Source: Pseudomonadota bacterium (GTDB lineage: Bacteria > Desulfobacterota > Desulfobacteria > Desulfobacterales > JBDRRP01). Taken from it: a stretch of DNA of 64,000 bases. The notes under the pieces are model-generated. The model saw only the letters and a list, made by a program, of their open reading frames with translations. It searched no databases and had not been told where the DNA came from. The translations under genes and the position numbers were made by a program. Positions 48,315 to 58,440 of the stretch are shown here, piece by piece (position 1 is the first letter of the stretch; each line of letters begins with the position of its first letter). The DNA lies in contig JBDRRP010000112.1 in assembly GCA_043825735.1 (NCBI GenBank), positions 1 to 64,000 of the forward strand, written 5' to 3'.

Positions 48315-48505
48315 GCATAACACCCCGCCCCTACAGGCCTCCTCAGGACTCTTGACTGCCTTACCGCCCTTTTTCGAGACATGGATAAAATCATCATAGC
48401 TGATCAAATTCTCGGATAGAAGGGGGCCTGTTCTAACCGAGCACTGTTTGCCACATTCCTCTACTCAACCTGATGCACTTCCAATTGCAGAATGATAAGC
48501 GCCCC
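48315..48505. repeat. Conserved non-coding element, copy 3 (5' part)
   Basis: ATAACACCCC..ACATGGATAA..GAGCACT..TTCCTCTACTCAACCTGATGCAC..CCAATTGCAGAATGATAAGCG. Confidence 0.7.
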
Positions 48506-49044
48506 AGGTCTCGCCGGTGATAGAAGCGGTGCGTTTTAAAGTCGTGAGACTTTGGAGTGACAGGAGACAACCATTGAGGAGGTTTACTGATTCGGAGGAA
48601 GAGGCAGAGGATGAAGAAGTGGCGGAAGTTTTGGAATAGATCAGATAGCCCGGCAAGGCGGCGACCGATATCAGGAGAAAGGTGGATATCCGTTTTAACC
48701 TCCTCAGTCACGATATGGTTTCAGGCGGATCCGTATTTTTGACGAGCGCCTGTTTCAGTTTGGCATTCAGGTCATCTCCTCCCGTCTCCCGCTTCCGATA
48801 ACGATTTCGGAATTCCCGTCACCCGGTCATTTATATGGATTGCTAATATGTATTTGCGAAATGCGAAAAAAAATCAAGAGATTTTAGCGGTAATTATGAT
48901 TTTCCGTCAAATATCGCCAAATGCCGGTTGCCAAATATAGGAGCGGGCCATGCCCGCGAACGGTGTTTGGGCCTTTATCATTTCGACAACACCCGTGATC
49001 GGCCGTGGCGGTCTATCAGCGGTCTGCTACAGCCGCAGGTCCGG

Positions 49045-49392
49045 CTACGCCGCATGTAATAAAAACTCAACTTTGACAGCCTCGAATGGGAAAACGATAC
49101 GCTTATCTTCGTTGCGAATGAGTATTCCGGCATTTAGAAGTGCGGTTACGTCATTGTGAACAGCCTTTACATCACGTCCAACACGCCGCGCAGTTTCGCG
49201 GATTGATATAGGGCCTGCTCCGCAGAGGACTTTAAGCAACTCCCAGCGCTTTTCGGTTAATACCCTCCAAAGCAATTCAGTAGACGCAAAGGATATGCGT
49301 GCGGACTTTTGGGATTTGCCTGATTTCCATGCGCGGGAGAAATCCGCCATCGAATCGCCAGGGTCACGTACATCAAGGGTTACTATTTTCAT
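49045..49392 (-). CDS. HTH antitoxin-like regulator (HVO_A0114-like)
   Basis: LTEKRWELL..GPISIRETARRVGRDVKAVHNDV. Confidence 0.8.
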   Translation of the reverse strand: MKIVTLDVRDPGDSMADFSRAWKSGKSQKSARISFASTELLWRVLTEKRWELLKVLCGAGPISIRETARRVGRDVKAVHNDVTALLNAGILIRNEDKRIVFPFEAVKVEFLLHAA

Positions 49393-49669
49393 GATTCCAC
49401 CTCCCGATTTCGTCCTGGAAGTCAGCGATCAACTGTTCCGGTGTCGTGAATGGGTAGGCACTTTCGTTTCCATCGAAATGCCGATGATCACCTTTACCGG
49501 TCTCATTGTCATACCGTATTACACATTCACCACGCACAACATATGCAAGCCTGTATTTGAACTGGTGTAAAGATCCACTCAAGGGCTTTGAGAGCCGCCA
49601 CAATACCAACTCTGCAAATTTCGATTCTGAATAGATGATGCGAGTATTGATTAGTTCAACGGCCTTCAT
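49373..49669 (-). CDS. DUF6516 / TumE-like toxin
   Basis: KYRLAY..IRYDNE.GKGDHRH..YPF...EQLIADF; overlaps the partner gene. Confidence 0.75.
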   Translation of the reverse strand: MKAVELINTRIIYSESKFAELVLWRLSKPLSGSLHQFKYRLAYVVRGECVIRYDNETGKGDHRHFDGNESAYPFTTPEQLIADFQDEIGRWNHENSNP

Positions 49670-50097
49670 GTTGGTCAAATTAACAACACCTGGGGCTGTT
49701 GTCAATAACTCCAACACTTTAGGGGTCGGGCGCCCTGTCATATGCCTTGACAAGATTATTGTCGAGCTGAAAACGTACGAGTATTGGGGATGCCCTTAAA
49801 ATATGGAATTCACAGCATGAAGTTAAAATTTAAAGGGCACCCAAGAACCCACGCAGAGGATGGCCATCAGCACCAGCCACCGGGCTTTGCGGGGTGCGAC
49901 CGGCACGCGGTCTTTTCCTTCCATCTCAGGCGCGTCGTCTCGACGATGGCAGCCGGGTGTAGTATCCTGCCTGCAGGGATTTTTGGTATCCTGTCTTACG
50001 AGGGCGGCGGCGGCCTGATGCCGCCACCTGCCACCGTTACGGACGGGGCGCCGCCACGACAACCAGACCAACCCGCCAATAAAGGTACGGAGACCCG

Positions 50098-50919
50098 ATG
50101 ACCGCAACGGAAACCAAAGACCTCTACCAGGAGCTTGGCGTGGAGAAAAACGCCCCCGCTACACAGATCAAGGCGGCCTACCGGCAGCTGGCCCTGCTAT
50201 ACCACCCGGATCGAAACCGTGACAACCCCGAAGCGATGGAAAAGATGCAGGCGGTCAACGAGGCCTACGCGGTGTTGTCGAACCCAGAAAAACGCCGGGA
50301 ATACGACGTCATGCGCGACCGGTTCGGGTCGTCGGCCTACAACCGTTTCCGGCAGACCTACTCCGAGGAGGACATATTCAAGGGATCGGACATCTTCCAT
50401 GTCTTCGAGGAGATGGCCCGGTCATCCGGGCTGCGGGGGGTCGACGAGATTTTCAAGGACCTGGGCGAGGGGGCGTTCTACCGCGGCTTCGAGTACCGGC
50501 GGCCCGGCATCCACGCCCGCGGTTTTTTCTTCAAGATCGGCGGTCGGCCGGGCCGTGGGCGGGCCTCGCTGCCCCGGCAGGGCTCACGCTTTACTAAACT
50601 GGGCAGGAAGGTAATGGGAAAACTCGGCGGCGTCGATTTCGCCGAAGACGGGAAAAACCTCCACGACACGATCCGGGTGGCCGTCGATCTGGCTGCAACG
50701 GGCGGCCCCTACGCCTACGATCACCGGCAAAGGGGCAAGAAGATCGTCGTGAAAACCCCGCCCGGCATCCGCTCCGGCCAGAAGATCCGCCTTGCCGGCT
50801 TGGGCGCGGAAGGAAAAGGCGGCGGAAAGCCCGGAGACCTTCTGCTCCAGGTGAAGGTGAAAAAACCGCTCTTTGCGTCGTTGAAGGACGCGGTGGCCCG
50901 GATGATGCCCAGCAAATGA
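50098..50919 (+). CDS. J-domain protein with C-terminal DnaJ_C (CbpA-like)
   Basis: YHPDRN, EAYAVLSNPEKR and G.KIRL.G.G..GG.PGDL motifs. Confidence 0.9.
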   Translation: MTATETKDLYQELGVEKNAPATQIKAAYRQLALLYHPDRNRDNPEAMEKMQAVNEAYAVLSNPEKRREYDVMRDRFGSSAYNRFRQTYSEEDIFKGSDIFHVFEEMARSSGLRGVDEIFKDLGEGAFYRGFEYRRPGIHARGFFFKIGGRPGRGRASLPRQGSRFTKLGRKVMGKLGGVDFAEDGKNLHDTIRVAVDLAATGGPYAYDHRQRGKKIVVKTPPGIRSGQKIRLAGLGAEGKGGGKPGDLLLQVKVKKPLFASLKDAVARMMPSK

Positions 50920-51014
50920 AAAATTGTTTTTGGATTGCAGACAATCCTTTCCGTCGCGTTCACTAACCAGCTCCGCACGCCACGGCATCCCACAACGTCA
51001 ACACACGAGGGGGA

Positions 51015-51707
51015 ATGATGAATCGCAGACGCTTTCTCACCGTTTCGGCCCAGTTCGGCGGCTTGATGATGCTTCACATGGCGGGCGTCGGGTGCCAGTC
51101 CGGGACGCCCGACCCGCCGCTGAAACTCGCCCCGCTGCCTTACCCCAAGAATGCATTGGCCCCATTCATCTCCGAAATCACCGTCGATATTCACTACGGC
51201 AAGCATCAGGCCGGCTACCTGGCGCGCACCAACCGTATGTTGTCTGGCGCACGAAGCGGGGGGGTGACGCTGCCCGGCGTGGTCGCCACAGCACGGTCCA
51301 CCGGCGACACGGCATTGTTCAACAACGCCGCCCAGGCCCTCAACCACGAGTTGTATTGGCGCAGTATGACCCCCGGCGGCGGCGGTGCGCCCTACGGCGC
51401 TATCGCTGATCGCATCGAAAAAGACCTGGGTGGGTACCGGCGGTTCCGCAGCGCGGTGACCAGCGCCGCTGATGAACAGTTTGGCAGCGGCTGGGTCTGG
51501 CTGGTGGATACCCCTGAGGGGCTGCGGGTTACGAAAACATCCAATGCCGACACCCCGGTGGCCGATGGCGTCACGGTGCTGATGGCCCTTGACGTCTGGG
51601 AGCACGCCTACTACCTCGACTACCAGAACCGCCGGAGGGACTATGTGGAGGTGTTTCTGGACAATCTCGTCAACTGGGAGTTTGCCGGGCAGCAGTTGCA
51701 GGGGTGA
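51015..51707 (+). CDS. sodB: Fe-type superoxide dismutase with a Tat signal peptide
   Basis: NRRRFL; HYGKH, NNAAQ..NH, FGSGW and DVWEHAYY motifs. Confidence 0.9.
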   Translation: MMNRRRFLTVSAQFGGLMMLHMAGVGCQSGTPDPPLKLAPLPYPKNALAPFISEITVDIHYGKHQAGYLARTNRMLSGARSGGVTLPGVVATARSTGDTALFNNAAQALNHELYWRSMTPGGGGAPYGAIADRIEKDLGGYRRFRSAVTSAADEQFGSGWVWLVDTPEGLRVTKTSNADTPVADGVTVLMALDVWEHAYYLDYQNRRRDYVEVFLDNLVNWEFAGQQLQG

Positions 51708-51850
51708 TGGCGGAAACGGCGCTCAAAGGGGCGGTTGGGGAAAGCGCCCCTGCCCCCCGGTTTCCATGTCCGATGTATTTTTAAACGTCGAAATCGCCTC
51801 GTATGGCGCACTCATGCCGTCGAAAGCCAGTTCTATTCCCGGCCCTTATT

Positions 51851-52906
51851 TTACAGGTTGTCCGGATTGATACCGATCGCCTCCATGCGCGCTCTCCAGC
51901 GTCTGCGCGCCAGGGCCTGCATATCTTCGGTGGTATCCAGTTCATCGGTGATCTCGAGACCGATGAGCGTTTCGACGACATCCTCGAGCGTGACGATGCC
52001 TTGAACGGCACCGTATTCGTCGACCACCAGTGCGATGTGGCTTTTTTCGTGCAGTAGCCGGTCGAAAACCGTCGAAGCCGTCAGCATGTCCGTAAACACC
52101 AGAAAATCCCGCCGCAATTCGGAAAGTGTCTGATCGAACTGGTCCTTGGCCTGGGCGATCATAAGATCGATTCTGAGCACATACCCCGAGACATCGTCGG
52201 GTTGGCCGCTGTGAATGGGAATCCTGGAAAACGGTTTCAATCCGTGATCCTTGAAGAAATCCCCCACGCACATCGTCTCCGGAACGGTAAAAACAACGGT
52301 CCTCGGTGTCATGATATCGCGCACCGACAACTGGTTCAGCCGCAATAAATTGGTCACGATTCTCTGCTCTTTGATCTCCAACATGCCTTCTTTGGCACCG
52401 ATCTCGGCCATGGCGGCCATTTCATCCCGGGTGAACGTGTAGGCACTCGCCCCCGTGCGGGACAGCAGCCTTGTCAGTCTTTCGGACAGCCAGACAAAGG
52501 GGAACAAAATGCGGGTCAACCCACTGATAACCAATGCAAAAACCGGCGCCAGCGACCGCCAGTAGGTCGCACCCAGTGTTTTGGGAATGATTTCGGAAAA
52601 GACCAGAATGAGGAAAGTCAAGACCGCCGAGGTGATACCCAAATACGCGCTGCCGAACACTACGGTCGCTTGTGCCCCGACACCCGCTGCCCCCACCGTG
52701 TGAGCGATGGTATTGGCCGTCAGTATGGCGGCGAGCGGCCGGTCGAGATTATCATGCAGGCGCTTCAGGGTCTTAGCCCCCTTCTTGTTGTTGCGCCGAA
52801 GCGCTGCGATGTAGGAGGGGCGTACCGAAAGAATGATGGCCTCCGAAATTGAGCAGAAAAACGAAACACCCAGTGCCAGTAGCAGGAAAAATATCAGGAG
52901 CGCCAT
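51851..52906 (-). CDS. CNNM/CorC (DUF21 + CBS) metal transport protein
   Basis: SEIIPKT, DIMTPR, SRIP and VVDEYG..TLEDVVE motifs. Confidence 0.9.
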   Translation of the reverse strand: MALLIFFLLLALGVSFFCSISEAIILSVRPSYIAALRRNNKKGAKTLKRLHDNLDRPLAAILTANTIAHTVGAAGVGAQATVVFGSAYLGITSAVLTFLILVFSEIIPKTLGATYWRSLAPVFALVISGLTRILFPFVWLSERLTRLLSRTGASAYTFTRDEMAAMAEIGAKEGMLEIKEQRIVTNLLRLNQLSVRDIMTPRTVVFTVPETMCVGDFFKDHGLKPFSRIPIHSGQPDDVSGYVLRIDLMIAQAKDQFDQTLSELRRDFLVFTDMLTASTVFDRLLHEKSHIALVVDEYGAVQGIVTLEDVVETLIGLEITDELDTTEDMQALARRRWRARMEAIGINPDNL

Positions 52907-53404
52907 TATTCACTCATGGAAAGTAGGTTCGGGGTAGGCATTGCTAACGGGATCGCCTACAAGTTGACATGAAAAACAGGTTGTGTCTTTCCACGATATT
53001 CCAGCGGCACTGTTTTAACCACGAAGATCACCGAGGACACAACGCGTTGAAACGGGTCACGCCGTCAGCCACGATACTGCCGCCTCAACCTGGTTTTTGG
53101 TGAAGTAATCGCTCGTGGGGCCGTCGAAAAGAGAAGCGATATAGATAAGAACTTGCTTTTCAGCATTCCGTTTCCCCCGTCGCTTGAATTGTGTCTGGTG
53201 ATTTTCGGCGCCACAAGATATGGGCGCCTCGTTGGATCGATCCATCATCCAGAATTTACACCGCCCTGTCAATATGGGAAATCGGCCCGCTCAGCCATGG
53301 TCGGGGCTGTTTTAGGAGGGGATCAACGCAAACGGATCGGGTGGCCATCCACGGAACTCAACTGGAAAACCACTCGACGGGTAGACGGGTTTTTCAAATC
53401 GAAG

Positions 53405-53717
53405 AATATTTGCCAACGGTACTATCTACCATCTTAAGGTGGCTATGATTTACTAGTTGCGCCGTGGGGTTTCTTTTTTCGATGCCGACGGCCGATGATG
53501 TGGGCGCTGCCCGAGGGCCGGCCGCCACCGGCAAACCGGACCCGGCGCAACAGCAGCGGTGCCAGTGGCTCACGGCGCGCGTCCATCTCCTCAGACAATT
53601 TTGTCATGAATCTGCGCCGGCGTGATCATGAGCGGCGATATTTCGGCGGCATCGAAAAAAGAAACCCCGCGGCGCCGCTCGACCTTACTATGGTAGATAG
53701 TGCCGTTTGCCAATATT
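53405..53717. mobile_element. 313-bp element with long bipartite inverted repeats
   Basis: 53405-53439 pairs with 53683-53717 and 53459-53487 pairs with 53647-53675. Confidence 0.7.
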
Positions 53718-53843
53718 GCCATGGCACCGATTCCCGCATCCTCGTAGTCCCGAAAGTACGATAAAGAACGGAAAAGGATTTCGCCACTTATATACAAAAG
53801 CCTCAGCGCACTCAGGGCTCAGATATCGAAATAGTCTCGGCAT
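53718..53843 (-). pseudogene. 5' fragment of a cassette-like gene (MPRLFRYL..GEILFRSLSYFRDYED)
   Basis: ATG just after GTTAGGT; frameshifted and cut by the IR element. Confidence 0.45.
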
Positions 53844-53850
53844 TGCTAAA

Positions 53851-54085
53851 CCTAACATTCATATTGAATAGACGTCTCGTTCGACATGGATAAGACAGAC
53901 CCCAGCCTAATCCAGTTTCTCCTATATGAGCACTATTTCCCATTTTCCTCTATTCAGTCTGATGCACCACCAATTGCAGAATGATAGGCGTTGTCCGCTG
54001 GTCATTCACCCAGATTTGAAAGGCTTATATCCGAGGAATGACTGTCGAAAATGACTGTATTGGACTGCCAATGATTGGATCGTTG
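53851..54085. repeat. Conserved non-coding element, copy 4 (most complete)
   Basis: Aligns by eye with copies 1-3; begins ACCTAAC (GTTAGGT on the minus strand). Confidence 0.8.
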
Positions 54086-54110
54086 AGGTTGTTTTATTCA
54101 AGAGACCAGT

Positions 54111-55361
54111 CTATAGATTGTCCTCATCCAACACCTCCCGCACCTTGATTGCCAGATCCTGCTTTGCGAACGGTTTCTGAATAAACTGCACGCCTTCATC
54201 CAAGACGCCATGGTGGGCGATCACATTGGCGGTATAGCCGGACATAAACAATCGCTTGATGTTCGGATAAGGAGACAACAGGTTTCTGGCCAGATCGCGG
54301 CCGTTCATCTCCGGCATGACCACATTGGTCATGAGCAGATGAATCTCGCCGGCGTGTTCACGGGCAAGAGCGATGGCTTCTCCCGGCGTGCCGACCGCAA
54401 GAACCTTGTAACCGGTCCGCTCAAGCATCATCCGAATCATTTGTAAGATGGAAGGTTCATCCTCCACCAGCAGAATGGTTTCAGTTCCGACCGGGTATAT
54501 TTTTTCTGAGGTTTTTTTCTCCGGGCTTTCGGTTTCAGCCAGATACCGGGGCAGATAGATCCGGAAGGTGGTCCCTTGGCCCGGTTCGCTGTAAACATTG
54601 ATAAAACCGTCGTTTTGATTAACGATCCCGTACACGGTTGCCAAGCCAAGACCAGTACCCTTGTCCACGTCTTTGGTGGTGAAAAACGGTTCAAAAAGGT
54701 TGGCCAGCGTCTCCTGGTCCATGCCGCAGCCGTCATCACTAACCGCAAGCAGAACAAAGTCACCGGCAACAAAACCCAGGTGTTCCGCACAATAGGCGGA
54801 GTCAAAGGTCGCTGTTCCAGTTTCTATGGTGATTTTTCCTACGTCCCCGATGGCATCGCGAGCGTTGACGCACAGATTGGCCAGGATCTGATCGATTTGT
54901 GACGGGTCCATCCAGACCGGCCAAATTTTCCTTTCGGGCCGCCAGGCAAGATCGATATTCTCGCCGATCAGTCGCCGCAGCATCTTGAGCATGCTTTTGA
55001 TCGTCCGGTTCAGATCAAGCACCTTGGGTGCGATGGTCTGCTTGCGGGCAAAGGCCAGTAGCTGCCGGGTGATATCGGCAGAGCGCTTGGCGGCGGAGAA
55101 AATTTCTCCGAGGTTGTCTTGGAGCGGATCATCCAGGGCCATGCTTTCGATGACCAGCTCCGCATTGCCGATGATCACGCTGAGCATGTTGTTAAAGTGG
55201 TGTGCAACTCCTCCGGCCAATCGTCCCACGGACGCCATCTTCTGGGCCCTGAGTTTCTCCCCATCCTCATCGGCCAGCCTGCGTTTAGTTTCGGCTCTTT
55301 CCAATTCCCGAACCTTATGCTCTAGTTCCTCATAGGTGGGCTCATCAGACACGCTTACCAT
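54111..55361 (-). CDS. Hybrid histidine kinase (HisKA-HATPase-REC), sensor-less and degenerate
   Basis: LAGGVAHHFNN, NARDA, DDGCGM and GTGLGL motifs; REC reads LLMTNVVMP. Confidence 0.85.
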   Translation of the reverse strand: MVSVSDEPTYEELEHKVRELERAETKRRLADEDGEKLRAQKMASVGRLAGGVAHHFNNMLSVIIGNAELVIESMALDDPLQDNLGEIFSAAKRSADITRQLLAFARKQTIAPKVLDLNRTIKSMLKMLRRLIGENIDLAWRPERKIWPVWMDPSQIDQILANLCVNARDAIGDVGKITIETGTATFDSAYCAEHLGFVAGDFVLLAVSDDGCGMDQETLANLFEPFFTTKDVDKGTGLGLATVYGIVNQNDGFINVYSEPGQGTTFRIYLPRYLAETESPEKKTSEKIYPVGTETILLVEDEPSILQMIRMMLERTGYKVLAVGTPGEAIALAREHAGEIHLLMTNVVMPEMNGRDLARNLLSPYPNIKRLFMSGYTANVIAHHGVLDEGVQFIQKPFAKQDLAIKVREVLDEDNL

Positions 55362-55765
55362 TTACTGCCTTCTCCTTAGCTGAAGTCGTAACACTGAGCC
55401 CGCTCAACTTTCCTTTTTCCAACAACTCCTTGAAACTCTCAGCCCTAATTGAAAACCCAAGATCCGTTTGCTAAAATCATTTTTTCGCATGAGATTCTAC
55501 AGGGGTATAGACTCTCCGGAATTCAACAGCCGTATGGTAACGTCCTGGCCTGCTGGTTGGATAAGTAGAAGACGAAGCGCTCTGACTTACACGGTACAGA
55601 ACCGATTGGTTAGAAAAACAAGGCATATAGATACCGCTGAAACCATGGTGTTTTTGATGCATCAGGCAGCCTGCGACCGACAGCCTCCGAGAAGCAGGAA
55701 GAGGGCGCCCATTGGAGCTGGGGGCCTGTTCCCTGTTCAGGAAAAGCCCCCGCCCCTTGAGAGAG

Positions 55766-57778
55766 TTAGAAGTCCTTGAAATCCTCTCCATCCTCCAGAG
55801 GGATCACGGTTCCAGGGCTCACTTCTCTCCCGTGAGTTAACATGTGAGAAGTCTTCTTCCTATGACCGGTTTGAGTAAGGGAGTGCGCATTGTTCCCGGC
55901 AATGCCGAAGGCCTTCGACTTTTTGCCGCGGATCGCTTCAAGGGACCCGGAACCGTTTCCATTTGCACCCTTTGCACTCCCTCCCACCATGGCAACCAGT
56001 TCACCGACAAACCCTATCATCTGCTGGGCCTGGGCGGTAAGCTCCTCAGAGGCGGCAGCGTTTTCCTCGGCGTTGGCCGCATTCTGCTGCACCACCTTGT
56101 CCATCTCGACCGTGGCCGTGTTCACCTGCTCGATCCCCTGGGCCTGCTCATTGGACGCCGCGGCTATCTCGCTTACCAGTTCGCCCACCTTGGCAACCGA
56201 CTGGGCCACTTCCTTGAATGCCTCGTTGGTGCCGGCAACCAGTTCACCTCCGCCCTTGACCTTCTTTACAGTGCCTTCTATCAGGTTGGCCGTGTTCTTG
56301 GCAGCCTCTGCGGCCCGCATGGCCAGGTTCCTGACCTCGTCGGCCACCACGGCAAAGCCCGCTCCGGCCTCTCCGGCCCGTGCCGCCTCAACTGCAGCGT
56401 TTAAGGCAAGAAGGTTGGTCTGAAATGCGATCTCGTCGATGGTTTTGATGATTTTGGATGTCTCTTCGCTCGCCCGGGAGATTTCCTCCATGGACTTGGT
56501 CAGCTCGGTCATTGACTGATCTGCGTGGGCAACCACCTTGTTGGATTCCTTCATCAGAGCGTCTGCCTGTCCGGCGTTGGCTGCATTCTGTTTGGTCATG
56601 GAAGACATTTCTTCCAGAGAGGAAGAAGTCTCCTCAAGAGATGCCGCCTGCTCGGAGGCGCCTTCTGCAAGAGACTGACTGGCAGAGGACACCTGACCTG
56701 ATGCAGATGCCACCTGCTCCGAACCGTCGCTTAGGCCCTCTATGATGCGTTTGAGCGGCTTGACAATGGCGCGAATCAAGAGAAAGCTCAGGATCACACC
56801 CAGGATAAAGGCTACAATCGTAACGGCACTGGCGGACCATTGCGCTCTTGACCCCATGGATATCATAGTGTTTTTAGAAGCACCCTGAACCTTGTCCAGT
56901 TCCTCGGCGAGGGCTTTCATCCGGACCTGGGTGGCCGCTAGTGAGGGTACTGTTCTGGTATCGAAAATCCCGTGAGCCTCAGCTTGAGCCTTTTCAAGCG
57001 CCTCTTCCGCCTCTATAACCTTATTGAACTGCTCCTGAACCATTTCAAGCTTAACCAAGGTCAAATTTTTATAGATATCGGCAGCTTTTTCATAATCTCC
57101 GGCTTTCACCAGTGCTTTGATCTCTTTTGCCGATTCATGAAGTTCCCTATGCGGCTGCTTGATGGCCTCCATGGCCTCCCGCAGGGCCGGAGAATCCTTT
57201 GCATAGTCAGCATACTCTTTACTTGAAAGGAATTTTCCAAAGGCACAGAGTGTGTGATCCAGTTCAACCTGGATCTCCTGGTTATGCTCTATGATAATCT
57301 CTGATACTTTTGCGGCCCATCTCCTGTGATCATCCAGACGATCTTTGAGCAGCCCTATCAGCCCCTCGTGCCGTTGGCGCCAAACGTCCTTAATTAATTG
57401 ACCGGACTCATGGAGATGTTTATGGGGTTCTTTGATCTCATTTAGAAGTGCGGCAAGTTTGGGATCGCTTTTAGCCAGTTTCTCTCCTTCCTCTCCGTAG
57501 AGAAATTTGCCAAATCCGCATTTGGTATGGTCCAGTTCTACATCAAGTGTTTCAGCGTTATCCATAAACATATCTTTAACTTTGGCCATCCATATCAGGT
57601 GATCCACCTCCTTTGCGAGTATCAACTCGTTGTGTGCCGCTGCATTCGAAAACTGATTGTTCGCAGAGAGAATTCCCTTTATTGACCAGATGGAATTGCC
57701 GGCCACAATCAATATTACCAGCAACAGCAGAGCCGTGAAGCCCCAGAGTTTTGTACTGAGTTTAAGATTTTTTAACAT
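55766..57778 (-). CDS. Methyl-accepting chemotaxis protein with two CZB domains
   Basis: Two sets of DH..W / C.FGKFL / [32 protein letters not shown]. Confidence 0.95.
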   Translation of the reverse strand: MLKNLKLSTKLWGFTALLLLVILIVAGNSIWSIKGILSANNQFSNAAAHNELILAKEVDHLIWMAKVKDMFMDNAETLDVELDHTKCGFGKFLYGEEGEKLAKSDPKLAALLNEIKEPHKHLHESGQLIKDVWRQRHEGLIGLLKDRLDDHRRWAAKVSEIIIEHNQEIQVELDHTLCAFGKFLSSKEYADYAKDSPALREAMEAIKQPHRELHESAKEIKALVKAGDYEKAADIYKNLTLVKLEMVQEQFNKVIEAEEALEKAQAEAHGIFDTRTVPSLAATQVRMKALAEELDKVQGASKNTMISMGSRAQWSASAVTIVAFILGVILSFLLIRAIVKPLKRIIEGLSDGSEQVASASGQVSSASQSLAEGASEQAASLEETSSSLEEMSSMTKQNAANAGQADALMKESNKVVAHADQSMTELTKSMEEISRASEETSKIIKTIDEIAFQTNLLALNAAVEAARAGEAGAGFAVVADEVRNLAMRAAEAAKNTANLIEGTVKKVKGGGELVAGTNEAFKEVAQSVAKVGELVSEIAAASNEQAQGIEQVNTATVEMDKVVQQNAANAEENAAASEELTAQAQQMIGFVGELVAMVGGSAKGANGNGSGSLEAIRGKKSKAFGIAGNNAHSLTQTGHRKKTSHMLTHGREVSPGTVIPLEDGEDFKDF

Positions 57779-57865
57779 GATAGATCTCCTTTCTTTTATT
57801 CATTATTGCAGGATCCAAAATCTTCATCCGCAGAAATTCTGGCAGGGTTAAATTCAAATTCCTGG

Positions 57866-58378
57866 TTATGCCGCTCTGACAAGGAGATCGACTTCATCGA
57901 CACTTAAAACCCGGTCGATATCGAGCAGGATCTTGACGCCCTTGTTTATCTTGGCCATGCCGAGGATGTAATCCGTGTTCAGCCTGACACCGAAGGTCGG
58001 CGTCTCTTCGATGTCCGCCCCTTTAATATTGAGCACTTCGGATACGGCATCTACTACGATGCCGATCATTACCGTGCCGGCGCCTTGTTCGATCTCGGCC
58101 ACCACAATGCAGGTCCTCTCCGTGTAATCCATAGGTTCCATTCCGAACCTGAGCCGTAGATCCATCACCGGTATGACCTTGCCCCTGAGATTGATTACTC
58201 CTTTCACAAATGCCGGCACCTGGGGGACGGTTGTGATCGACATCATCCCGATGATCTCCTTGATTTTCCGGATGCCGATGCCGTATTCCTCCTGTGCCAA
58301 GATGAAAGTCAGGTATTTGCCTTCCTTCTGGCCCATAGCATTTAATGCGGAACTCATTTTTTCGGCCAACTCAGCCAT
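57866..58378 (-). CDS. cheW: Chemotaxis coupling protein
   Basis: GVINLRGKVIPVMDLR and GIVVDAVSEV motifs; AGGAGGTG RBS. Confidence 0.95.
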   Translation of the reverse strand: MAELAEKMSSALNAMGQKEGKYLTFILAQEEYGIGIRKIKEIIGMMSITTVPQVPAFVKGVINLRGKVIPVMDLRLRFGMEPMDYTERTCIVVAEIEQGAGTVMIGIVVDAVSEVLNIKGADIEETPTFGVRLNTDYILGMAKINKGVKILLDIDRVLSVDEVDLLVRAA

Positions 58379-58440
58379 GCTTTTCACCTCCTTACTCTTC
58401 AAATATTTTGTCATCCAACCTTTTTTACGACATTCCAAAA

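Noticed and set aside
45598..48711. ORFs 45598-45810 and 48433-48711 (also 41961-42179)
   Set aside because: They overlap the non-coding repeat, and equivalent frames contain stops in other copies
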